This document shows positions 54,190 through 64,000 of a DNA stretch of 64,000 nt, in pieces. The stretch is from an uncultured Planctomycetota bacterium (GTDB lineage Bacteria > Planctomycetota > Planctomycetia > Isosphaerales > Isosphaeraceae). Location: positions 1 through 64,000 of the forward strand of contig CAWJTV010000045.1 of NCBI GenBank assembly GCA_963845755.1, given 5' to 3'. The notes beneath the pieces are model-generated. The model had not been told where the DNA came from. It saw nothing but the letters and a program-made list of their open reading frames with translations, and made no database searches. Numbering within the stretch: the stretch's first letter is position 1; every line of letters begins with the position of its first letter. Both the position numbers and the translations under genes were made by a program.

Positions 54190-55473
54190 ATGGGACGCCT
54201 CTGGCGCGCGCTAAGACTCGGCCTGAAGAGCCTGATGTTGCACAAGCTTCGCTCGGGCCTGACGGCCCTGGGCATCGTTTTTGGCGTTGCTGCGGTGATC
54301 TCGATGCTTGCGGTGGGTGAGGGCTCGAGCCGAGATGCTCAGGAGCGGATCGAGCTCTTCGGCGCGACCAACATCATCCTTCGTTCCGTCAAGCCCAGCG
54401 AGGAACAGCAGCAGACTCAAGGCGGTCGGCCGACGCTCGTGCTGAAGTACGGCCTGACCTACCAGGATTACGAGCGCATCCTCGAGACCGTGCCGACGAT
54501 CAAACGGGTGTTGCCAATCCGGGAGATCCGCAGCAAACAGATCCGTTACCTCAACCGCGCCTTCGACGGCCGGGTCGTGGGCACCACCCATGACTATGCC
54601 GAGTTCAACCACCTGCAGATTGCCAAGGGCCGATTCCTCCAGCCTGCGGACAACGAGAAGTTCAAGAACTACGCCGTGCTCGCCTCCGATACCGCCCGGA
54701 CCCTCTTCCCCCTCGAAGATCCGATCGGGGACAAGGTCAAGCTCGGCTCGGATTACTACATCGTCATCGGAGTGACGGCAGAGCGAGCCCAGTCCGGGGG
54801 GATTGGCGCGAGCCTGGCGGCAATGGATTATAACAAGGATGTGTACATCCCCCTCAACACTTGCCGGGTCCGGTTCGGCGAGAAGATCGTGGACGCACGC
54901 TCGGGCCAGTTTTCCGCCGAGGAGACCGAACTCTCGCAGATCACGATGCAGGTCCGGAGTATCGACGATGTCAGTCCCACTGTTTCCGTCATCAAGGGTG
55001 CCTACGAGTCATTCCATCCCAAGAAGGATGTCGAGCTGACTGTCCCCTACGACCTGCTGGAGCAAGCGCGTCGGACGGCGCGTCAGTTCAGCATCATCCT
55101 GGGCACGATCGCCTCCATCTCACTCCTGGTAGGCGGCATCGGGATCATGAACATCATGCTGGCGACCGTCACCGAGCGGACGCGGGAAATCGGCATCCGC
55201 CGCGCTATCGGAGCGAAACGACGCGACATCATCCAGCAGTTCCTGGTCGAGACCGTAGTCCTTTCCGGCGTCGGTGGCCTGACCGGCGTGATGGTCGGAA
55301 TCGTCATACCCTGGCTGATCGTCTACTTCATACCCGATCAGAAGACGATCATCACCTTGCAGTCGGTGGCCGTGGCCTTCACGATCTCGGTCGGCATCGG
55401 GATCATGTTTGGAATCTATCCGGCCATGCGCGCCGCAAGGATGGACCCGATCGAGGCGCTGCGGCATGAATAG
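54190..55473 (+). CDS. MacB/FtsX-like ABC transporter permease
   Basis: RSGLTALGIVFGVAAVI, GGIGIMNIMLATVTERTREIGIRRAIGA, PAMRAARMDPIEALRHE. Confidence 0.93.
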   Translation: MGRLWRALRLGLKSLMLHKLRSGLTALGIVFGVAAVISMLAVGEGSSRDAQERIELFGATNIILRSVKPSEEQQQTQGGRPTLVLKYGLTYQDYERILETVPTIKRVLPIREIRSKQIRYLNRAFDGRVVGTTHDYAEFNHLQIAKGRFLQPADNEKFKNYAVLASDTARTLFPLEDPIGDKVKLGSDYYIVIGVTAERAQSGGIGASLAAMDYNKDVYIPLNTCRVRFGEKIVDARSGQFSAEETELSQITMQVRSIDDVSPTVSVIKGAYESFHPKKDVELTVPYDLLEQARRTARQFSIILGTIASISLLVGGIGIMNIMLATVTERTREIGIRRAIGAKRRDIIQQFLVETVVLSGVGGLTGVMVGIVIPWLIVYFIPDQKTIITLQSVAVAFTISVGIGIMFGIYPAMRAARMDPIEALRHE

Positions 55474-55570
55474 CCTACGGTCTACTCAGCCGATCCCTCC
55501 ATGGGCAGCCATGCTGGGCCGCGCAACTCTGGGTTTGGGAATGCTCATCGAACGTTTCGTATGGATTCAA

Positions 55571-55640
55571 GGTGAACTTGGGGTCAGGTGAGCTTGGGGT
55601 CAAACTGAGGTGAACTTGGGGTCAAACCTTGACCCCAAGT
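55571..55640. repeat. Three direct copies of GGTGARCTTGGGGTCA plus one inverted copy
   Basis: Copies at 55571-55586, 55587-55602 and 55609-55624; perfect 12-bp hairpin ACTTGGGGTCAA-ACC-TTGACCCCAAGT 55614-55640. Confidence 0.8.
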
Positions 55641-56133
55641 CCAGCCCTACGACCATCCGCGGTCGCCGTGCCGCGCTCCCCAGCATTCCGTCGCGCATTG
55701 CGAACAGAAAGAAAAGTCAACGCAACCGCTCGTTTTTCTCGTATTCTTTGTTGCGATCGCGTCACGGCGCGTTCTAATACACCGGCAGAGATCGATTGGC
55801 CCCACTCGGAAGGAAAGGCGACGATCGATTACGACGTTCTGTCATCCCAGGAAGGGTGGTTCAGCGACCCGAGGTAAGCCTGACGACCAGGGGATTGGAT
55901 TCACACGCACCACCCGGAGCGTTCCTGTGGATGCGAGTCGGCCGGGCGGACAGGCCCGGACCGAACGCCGTGCGGGAAGCGAGCTGCGTCACGGGTGATG
56001 GGAACCGACGGACGCCGCCCAGCGCCAAGGATGTCGGGGTACAACCGGACCGGTGCGAAATTCGATCTCCGCATGTCGATGGAGGAGACAGAACCCGCCC
56101 TCTTTTTCTCCAGGGGGTGCTCTTGTCGTCGGG

Positions 56134-56174
56134 AAAGGGCCCCAATCTCCGTTTTCTCTTGATGGGCCCTTTTT
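56134..56174 (+). terminator. Possible terminator/attenuator in the leader of the ASST gene
   Basis: AAAGGGCCC...GGGCCCTTTTT stem with U tail, ~260 bp upstream of ATG 56434. Confidence 0.4.
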
Positions 56175-56433
56175 CGCCAGCTCCGATTCGTTTCCTCGCG
56201 AGAGGTGGCGGCCCGACGGGACTCGTGGGATGTGTCGGCCCCAGACAGAACCTCACTCGCTCCCGCCCTGGCCCTTGCGACCGACTCGCCTGTGCAACAG
56301 CAACGCGCAGCATCCGTCGGGGACAATCCTTGCCCTTGCGCCTCCAGGATACCGGCGCACGACCACTATTCGGCAGCCGAGGACCCGGATGCTGCGCCCC
56401 GCTGCTGTCATCCCGCTATGAGGAATCATTCCC

Positions 56434-58227
56434 ATGTGGCAACTCGTGACGACCTCTCGTAGGCGGGCCGCGGCCCGGCGCACCCCGTTTCGTCGCCCCC
56501 GGCGACATCGACCGCGCTGCACGACCCTGGAGGATCGCTGCCTGCTGTCCGTCTCGCTGACCGACATCGCGCCGCCGGTCCCCTACGTCGGATCGCCGGT
56601 CATCTGGACGGCGACGGCCAGCGGCCTGGGGTCAAAGCCCGTCTACCAGTTCAACGTCGGGATGCTCGGTGGTCCCCTCCAGGTCGTGAGCGACTTCAGC
56701 CGCAGCAACAGCTTCACCTGGAATCCCATGCAGGAGGGGACCTACGTCATCGACGTGGTCGTCAAGAAAGGATTTGGCGCCACGAATCGCGAGAGCGCGG
56801 CCGTGGCGTATACGGCGCAGACGCGTGTGGTGGGGAACAACGCCGTGGTGAGCCCCATGGCCAACCCCCTGGTCGCCCTGTTCAGTGCGCCCCCTTCCCC
56901 CGGCGCCTCGATGTACGTCCAGTTCGCCCAGCAGGGCTCCACCCTGTCCTGGCAGAATACCTCCCCGCAGCCCATCGTCCCCGGCGAGAGCACCAACTTC
57001 ATCGTGGCCGGCATGCTGCCCGACACGACCTACCTGATGCGGTACGTCCTGGACGACGGGACAGTCTCCGCCCCGCTGGCGTTCACCACGGGGAGCCTGC
57101 TGTCGAACCTGAATTTCCCCAAGTTCAGCGTGGTGCAGCCGCCGGCCGCCGGGACCGACCTGAGCCAGGGCGTGATCTTCCACTCCGGGGTCTTTGTCAA
57201 CACCGTCAACACCGTGGCGACCGACTTGAACGGCAACGTCATCTGGTACTATGACTCCGTGGCCAACAACTTCCCCAGCTATGCCCAGAACCTCGAGCCG
57301 GGCGGAACGGTGATGCTGCTGGGCGGCAAGGCAACCGGCGTCGCCGCGGGGTATAACATGTTGCGGCAGGTCGATCTGGCCGGCGACACCCTGCGCCAGA
57401 CGGACGTCCATGCCATCAACGCAGAGCTGGCCGCGCTCCACCGGCCGCAGATCATCGACTTCGACCACGAGGCCAAGATCTTGCCTAACGGCGACACGGT
57501 CGTCCTGGCCAGCACGCAGAAGACCGTCGATTACAAGGGGAAGCCCACCAAGTTCACCGGCGACCTCGCCATCGTCCTGGATCAGAACTTCCAGGTGTCG
57601 TGGGTCTGGAACGCCTTCAACCGGCTCAACACCAACCGCCTCGGCAAGGTTCACCCCCTCCCGAGTAACTGGCTGCACGCCAACTCCGTGAGCTGGTCGC
57701 CCGAGGACGACGACCTGGTCGTCTCCCTTCGCTCCCAGGACTGGGCGATCAAGATCGATTACGCCAACGGCACCGGCGACGGCCACATCATCTGGAAGTT
57801 GGGGCCGGGCGGCAATTTCAAGGCCATCGCCAACACCCCCAGCCCGTGGTTCACCCACCAGCACGACGTGCGCTACATCAACGACAACACCCTGCTGGTC
57901 TTCGATGACGGGAACACCCGCCATGAGTTTAACCGGAACGCCCAGAGCCGCGGGCAGGAATGGATCCTCAACGAGCAGAACATGACGGCGACACTGGTGG
58001 TGAATGCCGACATGGGCAACTACTCGTCGTTCCTGGGGAGCGCGGAGCTGCTCTCCAACGGCGACCTCGCCTTCACGTCCGGGGGTGCCGGGCCGGGTAG
58101 CAATCCGTTCGGACAGTCGATCGAAGTGCTCCCGAATGGCACCATAATTTATGTAATGCAGATGAGTGAATACGAATATCGCTCCTACTTCGAGAGCACG
58201 CTCTACAGCGCCGACCTCCTCGACTAG
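56434..58227 (+). CDS. Aryl-sulfate sulfotransferase (ASST family) with planctomycete extracellular leader
   Basis: LEDRCLLS leader; DFDHE, WLHANSV, SLRSQD, WFTHQHD, FDDG, YRSY. Confidence 0.85.
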   Translation: MWQLVTTSRRRAAARRTPFRRPRRHRPRCTTLEDRCLLSVSLTDIAPPVPYVGSPVIWTATASGLGSKPVYQFNVGMLGGPLQVVSDFSRSNSFTWNPMQEGTYVIDVVVKKGFGATNRESAAVAYTAQTRVVGNNAVVSPMANPLVALFSAPPSPGASMYVQFAQQGSTLSWQNTSPQPIVPGESTNFIVAGMLPDTTYLMRYVLDDGTVSAPLAFTTGSLLSNLNFPKFSVVQPPAAGTDLSQGVIFHSGVFVNTVNTVATDLNGNVIWYYDSVANNFPSYAQNLEPGGTVMLLGGKATGVAAGYNMLRQVDLAGDTLRQTDVHAINAELAALHRPQIIDFDHEAKILPNGDTVVLASTQKTVDYKGKPTKFTGDLAIVLDQNFQVSWVWNAFNRLNTNRLGKVHPLPSNWLHANSVSWSPEDDDLVVSLRSQDWAIKIDYANGTGDGHIIWKLGPGGNFKAIANTPSPWFTHQHDVRYINDNTLLVFDDGNTRHEFNRNAQSRGQEWILNEQNMTATLVVNADMGNYSSFLGSAELLSNGDLAFTSGGAGPGSNPFGQSIEVLPNGTIIYVMQMSEYEYRSYFESTLYSADLLD

Positions 58228-58653
58228 AGCGCCTCACACTTGCGTTGCCCGCGCCCCGCGCTGTGGCACGGTCTGCCAACCTGGCCACCCGGCCGACCGC
58301 AGCTCCCCTCCGGGACTCACCGACCGATGCGGGTGTCATCAAGTGGCACAATGGGACATCTTTTTCCAAAGTCGTGATCCCTGATCTCCTTGGCTGATAT
58401 CCGGATGCGACGACGACCTGGACCGGGAGGCGCGGTCCGGGCGTCCGTCTCGGCTGTGATCGCACGTGGGCCATACTCTCAGGATGCCGCAACTTTGGAA
58501 AACCGTTAATGCACCTAGCGGGGATTTCGGCCGAGGACCGCCCCAACTCTCAGCCCCAGCGGCAGATAAAAAATCCCAAATTTTTTTCAGCCTGAAGTTT
58601 AGCGGGGGCTTCGCGTCGTCCTGGGGCGGACGCAATCCAACCGATAGGCGCTC
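58227..58653. mobile_element. Putative TA-targeting non-autonomous element (IS630- or IS5-type ends)
   Basis: TA|GAGCGCCT at 58225-58234 and AGGCGCTC|TA at 58646-58655; non-coding interior. Confidence 0.45.
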
Positions 58654-58737
58654 TAACCGGCCACCCCGGAGCCCGAGACCCTCACAAATCTTCGCTGTTT
58701 CGCCTTCAGGGCTTACGCTGAAGTTGCTCGTCTCCGG

Positions 58738-60275
58738 TTACAATAGCGCCTTCTTTGCCTGTAACAACGCGGTTGAATCCGCGCTGGCGATACCATGAAG
58801 CGCATGGACCGACGACGCAAGGAGGTAGGGGCGCCACTCCGGACTCGCCAGGGCTGTGTCTTCGAATGCCGCAACGGGATACTTGAGGTCATGCGGGTTG
58901 CCCGTCGCCTTGACGCAAAGCAGACTGCGTGCAGCCTGCTTGAATGCCGCCTGAGTCGCCGACGTCCGCGACAAGCCGAAGCTCATCCTGCAAGCGTCGT
59001 CGCTGAGCTTCCGATAGGCTCCGGCATCCGCGGAAGAAGGCTCCTTCGTCTTATTGGGAAGCATCGCAAACACGTCTGCGACGCTGGCTGAGGCCTTGAC
59101 GCCGTCGGTCTGCAGATCAAGCAGATTCATTTCACGCAGTTGACCATCCCTCTGATTCGGAAGGATGAACAGATCGCCCAGGACCCCACGCCTTGAAGCA
59201 GCATCAGCAACCGCACGCGATCATCCCCACTGCAGTCGAATCCGCATCGCAGGGCGTTGGTCGAAGTGACGGCATGGATCAATACCCCGCCGATGGCGAT
59301 GCCGCCCGTCTTATAGCGGAACAGCAGATCCGCCGCGACAAGATGGATCGCGTCCCACGCCGCACCGGCTTTCACTCGCCCGGAGGAGAGCTGCGTGCAA
59401 ATCAGGTCGCACGTTGGGTCGGTCTTCCCCTGCCGCAGGAGATGGTAGATCTCGAGCGTGGCACCGCGACTCGGTTCATTGGCGGCCCAATCGGCTGGGA
59501 GCTTGGACAGGATCTCGCGCGCACGCTGCCGGTTCGGCTCGTACGTTCTGTCCGCCTGGTTCCTAGGGAAGGCTCGCGCGAGGTAGCGCAGCACCGGTTC
59601 GGCGTGTTGCCAGCCCAGGGCTTCGAGGGTCCTCCAGGTGTTGGCCACCATGATGGGGTGATGCCCGAGCGTGCCGCAGACCCTCCTGGCACTATATTCC
59701 CAAAGTAGCGACATCGCGAGCCGGGGACCTCGGGTGCGCACGAGTACGACGATCGCGCGCTCCGCGTGCGACGGGTCCAGCTCGGCCATGGCCTCCCGGA
59801 AGCTGGCGGCCGCTTGATCGGCCCTCGGCAATTCTCCCTCGAGACTTCCCGGTGGTTTCGGATGCTCTTCTTGAAATCCACCCACGATGCGGTCCAGCGC
59901 CCAGAACAGGGGGAGTAGCCGTTCTTCGACGCGAGCCTCGCTGCTGACGCGGTGCGCCGAGTAGACACCGGCGACCTGATGCGCATCGCCATGTTCGATA
60001 GCCGCCAGTAGCAGCGCCGAAAGAAAATCCTGGTATGACAGCCCGGCCTGAAGTTGCTCGATGAAAACGGGGATGCACTTGTCCCGCGGCGTGGTTTGAA
60101 TGAGCTTGACCAGCCGTTCGAGGGACGGAGTAAGGCGAACCTGATCTTGGTCGATTCTCACATCGGCGGCAACGGACCGACTGACCGCGGCCAGAAAGCC
60201 CAGGTCAGGCAAGATTGGCAGGGCTGCCGCCGCGGCTGACCTTGCCAAGAAGCCACGACGATTCGAGTCCCGCAT
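58738..60275 (-). CDS. Tat-exported hypothetical helical protein (frameshift ~59180)
   Basis: NRRGFL twin-arginine signal; repeated His-containing helices (HQVAGVYSAH, HHPIMVAN, HAVTSTNAL, HDLKY). Confidence 0.7.
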
Positions 60276-60929
60276 GGCAAACGCCTCCGTCGCCAGTCGT
60301 TTCATGCTCGGCCACCCGATGACACGATGAGACCTCGGGCGGGGCAATCCGCGCTATTATGACCGCCGGAAGCTCGTTTGGTCCACCGGGAGTCTCGCGT
60401 GAAGACACCCGGGGATTGCGATCATTCGGGCCGCTGATCGCACGAGCGTGTCGCCACCGATCGGTCCGGTCCCCGGACTTGCGGACCGATTCCGAGCCGC
60501 GATGGAGCGAACCGGTTTGGCGGGCTCGCTGTTCCGATCGGATCTTCCTGACCTCGACGATGCGAACGGAGTTGAAAAACGGTGCGTCGGAAAAGAAAAG
60601 GATCGACAGCGGTAGCCGGCGTCAACTTGCAGGTCGCCGGACTCGCACTCGACTCGCTGTTGTTTGGCCTGCGGAAGTCCGGGTCACGAGACTGCGGAAG
60701 ACTGCGACTTTGAGACGGCGGAATCCAACTCGGCCTCAATCATCCGCTCGAGGGGATGGAATGGATGGCCATGCACGACCCTCGTGGTCTCGTCCCAACT
60801 GCTCTGGACAGCGACAACCCCATACGTGCCGCTTCCATCTTCATACCTCTTGACTCCGATGATCGGACTACCGCTCATCCCGTTGACACTTTCGAGAGCG
60901 TCTTCCGATGGCTGAACTCGCCCGAAAAA

Positions 60930-61123
60930 CTGCGACCCCTTCTGAAAGTGACTTCAGCCAGAGGGGCGACAGCGGCTCGCTGATCATCGATGCAGACCGC
61001 CGCGCCGTGGCGCTACTCTTCGCCGGCAGCGACCTGGGCGGCTCCGATGGCCAGGGCCTGACGTTCGCCAACCCGATCCATGCCGTCCTGGACGCGCTCA
61101 AAGTCGATCTCTTCTTCTCATGA
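60930..61123 (+). pseudogene. C-terminal fragment of a trypsin-like serine protease
   Basis: FSQRGDSGSLII...AVALLFAGS...TFANPI..VLDAL; no upstream His/Asp region in frame. Confidence 0.7.
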
Positions 61124-61268
61124 GGCGGCGGTTGCGAAGGGCTTCACGGGAGATTGCCACGATGGCCAAGATGAAGAAGAGGTCCGGCCCGGTCACCGGC
61201 GTGACGAATCGTTCGACGCAGTCCCGGACGGCCGGATCAGAGACCTTTGTCGCCGAGTGAGTCCCGCC

Positions 61269-61493
61269 ATGAGCACGACCAGCCTGGATGAGGCCCGCGC
61301 AGCCAAGGAGCGGGCCAAATCGCTTCTCGCCGGCAATTCCTTGGTCGTCGGCCTCGGCCTCATCCGGGTGGGCGACGGCTACGGCGTGAAGGTCAACCTC
61401 GTATCACCCCCGGCGGCCGATACCCGACTCCCCGAAACGATCAACGGCGTCCCCGTCCGGATCGAGGTCATCGGGACGATCCGACCGCGCTGA
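61269..61493 (+). CDS. Small protein resembling a protease propeptide-like domain
   Basis: VVGLGL..VKVNL...LPETINGVPVRIEVIG.I. Confidence 0.6.
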   Translation: MSTTSLDEARAAKERAKSLLAGNSLVVGLGLIRVGDGYGVKVNLVSPPAADTRLPETINGVPVRIEVIGTIRPR

Positions 61494-61685
61494 TCGGAAC
61501 GCGGAAGTCGGCAGGACTCACCGCCCCGATCCGACCGGAGGATGCGGCAAGATCGGACGGGTCCGGTCGGACTTCTGCCTATCCGCAAGGCTAGGGAATC
61601 GGGCAGGCCATCGATGGCAACCGATCCGCTCGGTCTGGCGGAGTCAACCACTTACCCTAATTCTTTTGCTAGGCTAGAGTTAAAA

Positions 61686-61731
<46 letters not shown>

Positions 61732-61935
61732 GAGCGCTGCTGGGTGGTAAGTGGCTGTAAATTAAGGAATTGTGTCGAAAACACACCTCCTGCCGTTTTC
61801 CATGAATTCTCAGGATTTCCTATGATTTTCGTTGGTTTATCGCCGTTTCTCCGCACGTGCAGCGCTGTATACGTTGATGGGAAATCACGGTTGGTGCAGC
61901 TGCACTGAAACTCGGGGAGCAGCCTCGGCTAGCCC

Positions 61936-63425
61936 CAATACCGTTGAAATAGGCGCAAGCCACAGCCTCCTGTTACTTTGGGTTTACTCACGACCCAAGC
62001 AACACGGAGGCCATGACTCGCATGCCGCACGGACATTGCACGCTGCCGCCCGATGCGTCGGGCCGGATCTTGGATCGCTTGGCGGGACTGGAACAGATTA
62101 TCTCGCCCGAGGCCGTTCGCCAAGTCCTCGCGGCCACCGGTAAAACCAATCAACGACGTTGCACACTGACCCACGAGATTGTTTGCTGGGTGGTCCTGGC
62201 CATGGGGCTGTTGACCGACTTGCCGATCCGCCAAGTCTTCAAGCATGCACGCCGGCTCCGAGTCGGCGAGGAGAGTCCCCATCGATCCAGCCTGTGTGTG
62301 GCCCGGCAACGCCTGGGCATCGCGCCGGTCCGCCACCTGTTCGAGCACGTCGTTCATCCTCTGGCCCGGCCCGATACGCCCGGAGCCTTCTACCGCGGGT
62401 TCCGCCTGGTCGGCATCGATGGGACCGTCTACGATGTCCCCGACTCGGAGGCCAACGCCGCGGCCTTCGCGCGCCCCTCGGCCGGGCCGCGCGGCGACGG
62501 CGCGTTCCCCCAAGTCCGCAAGCTGAGCCTGGTCGAATTGGGGACCCACATCGAACTGGCCTTCGTGGTCCGGTCGATCGCCCACGGCGAACCGTCGATG
62601 GTCGGCGGCTTGCTCCGCCATCTGACTCCGGAGATGCTCCTGTTGGAGGATCGCGGGTTTTTCAGCTATGACCACTGGAAAACGGCGATGTTGCGGGGCG
62701 TCCAGCTGTTGGCACGCGTGAAAAGCGGCTTGATCCTCAAGTCGATCCAAAACCTGGCGGATGGCTCGTACCTGGCCAAGATTTATCGGGGTTGCTACGA
62801 CCGTCAGATCGATCGGGATGGGATCGTCGTCCGGGTGATCCGCTATACACTGGACGACCCGCAACGAGTCGGACACGGTGAAACTCATGTGCTGATCACG
62901 AATCTCCTTGACGCGGAGCTTTATCCTGCTGAAGAATTGATTATTCTTTATCACGAGAGATGGGAACAGGAGTTGGTCTATGATGAGCAAAAGACCCATC
63001 ATGATCCGCGGCGGGCGACCAAGCCGGCACAGATGCGAAGCGAGACCCCGGCGGGGGTGATCCAGGAGATCTATGCGCTGTCGCTGGGTCATTTCGTGAT
63101 CCGAGCCTTGATGGTTGCGGCCGCCGGGACCGTGGGGCTGGACCCGGATCGGCTGTCGTTTCTGGGGTGCTTCCAGATCCTCAAGTGCCGGTTGCCAGAA
63201 TGCAACAGCTCGACCCCCGAGGCGTTCGAGGAGTGGTACCAGGGATTGTTGTGGGAGATGCAGGGGGAGCGCACCGATGACGAAATGCGGAGGAACCGGA
63301 TCAATCCGCGAGTGATCAAGCGTAAAATGTCCAAGTGGAAAAAGAAACGATCCAAACATCGACACATTCCGCCCTTGAAGAAAACCTTTGCAGAGACAGT
63401 GGTTATGCTTCCTTAAACGGTATTG
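61936..63425 (+). mobile_element. IS4-family insertion sequence (~1490 bp)
   Basis: TIRs CAATACCGTTGAA / TTAAACGGTATTG; single transposase whose stop codon lies in the right TIR. Confidence 0.93.
62013..63416 (+). CDS. IS4-family DDE transposase
   Basis: ARQRLG, IDGT, EDRGF, LITNL, YHERWEQE (YREK motif), RINPRVIKRK. Confidence 0.95.
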   Translation: MTRMPHGHCTLPPDASGRILDRLAGLEQIISPEAVRQVLAATGKTNQRRCTLTHEIVCWVVLAMGLLTDLPIRQVFKHARRLRVGEESPHRSSLCVARQRLGIAPVRHLFEHVVHPLARPDTPGAFYRGFRLVGIDGTVYDVPDSEANAAAFARPSAGPRGDGAFPQVRKLSLVELGTHIELAFVVRSIAHGEPSMVGGLLRHLTPEMLLLEDRGFFSYDHWKTAMLRGVQLLARVKSGLILKSIQNLADGSYLAKIYRGCYDRQIDRDGIVVRVIRYTLDDPQRVGHGETHVLITNLLDAELYPAEELIILYHERWEQELVYDEQKTHHDPRRATKPAQMRSETPAGVIQEIYALSLGHFVIRALMVAAAGTVGLDPDRLSFLGCFQILKCRLPECNSSTPEAFEEWYQGLLWEMQGERTDDEMRRNRINPRVIKRKMSKWKKKRSKHRHIPPLKKTFAETVVMLP

Positions 63426-63916
63426 GCCTTAAGGGTAGGCTCGACCCAAATTCTCATGCAGTCACAAAAGAAGAATGGGATTATCTAGAAGCCAATTGTC
63501 CAAGTTCAATCATGGAGAAGCTAAAGTCGATCCTTCAAGAGCCGAGGAACGATATGGTCAAGAAAAATATTAAATCCGCCCAAATGTCAAAAAAGAAGGC
63601 ATGACAGTACTTGATTGTTATTGCATTCTGCAATAATTTCCATCTGCACAGGCGATGAAACCCGGTGAGGTAGACTGAAGGAGGGAGCGGTAGGAGATTC
63701 TCATTCTCGACGTGAAAGGCTTGGACTTCGCAGTCAGTCGGCTCAAACGGAAGCTTTTCGAAGCGGTTCATGGCGCGAACACGCAGCTGATTCGATAACG
63801 CCAGATCAGTTTCAGAAGGTAATAGAGCGGTCCAGAAAGAAGCGCAGACGGCAGCGGCGGTGGGTTTGGGCCTATGCCGCTAGTGCGGGCCGCATCCTTC
63901 GAGGGTGCCGTGCTAA

Positions 63917-63994
63917 GAAACTATCCGAGAACGGTTGGAACCCCCTTGTTTTCAAGGGTTTCCGGTGTCCGAAACGGCGTTCTCGGATAGTTTC
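63917..63994. mobile_element. 78-bp MITE with 17-bp TIRs and TAA duplication (IS5-like)
   Basis: GAAACTATCCGAGAACG 63917-63933 / CGTTCTCGGATAGTTTC 63978-63994 perfect; TAA at 63914-63916 and 63995-63997. Confidence 0.8.
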
Positions 63995-64000
63995 TAAGCG

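Noticed and set aside
55571..55640. CRISPR array
   Set aside because: 16-bp units with 0-6 bp gaps, no unique spacers and no cas genes.
56632..57924. 430-aa minus-strand ORF
   Set aside because: Antisense shadow of the ASST gene.
61929..63365. 478-aa minus-strand ORF
   Set aside because: Antisense shadow of the IS4 transposase with no recognisable motifs.

Overview
GC-rich bacterial window, very probably a planctomycete of the Isosphaera/Singulisphaera type. This is inferred from LExRxLLS extracellular leaders, ECF-kinase pairs, DUF1080 and an rpsP-trmD-rplS order without rimM. Core blocks are ffh-rpsP-trmD-rplS, iscS-iscA, pckA, an RND pump with two TolC-like genes, upp-pdp-nupC-punA, gpsA, an mdh-like gene, marR and a MacB-like permease. 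They alternate with accessory tracts (about 1-9240, 29200-41350 and 55500-64000) carrying TPR/Ser-Thr kinases, ECF sigma factors, Gly-rich surface proteins, MITEs, an IS4 and a tRNA-Lys att remnant. Many genes, including essential ones, carry single-base frameshifts, most likely long-read indel errors. The strongest observation is at 4599-5663: a 799-nt group IIA intron with recognisable ribozyme domains and matching EBS/IBS/delta pairings but almost all of its RT gene deleted. It is inserted into the terminal inverted repeat of a small IS4-like non-autonomous element, which itself lies inside a palindrome. Other highlights are a conserved bipartite motif closing two accessory tracts (9158-9241 and 41286-41352), an MDH paralogue lacking its catalytic His/Asp dyad, and a pseudokinase-DUF1080 fusion. 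All calls are by eye; no searches or folding programs were run.
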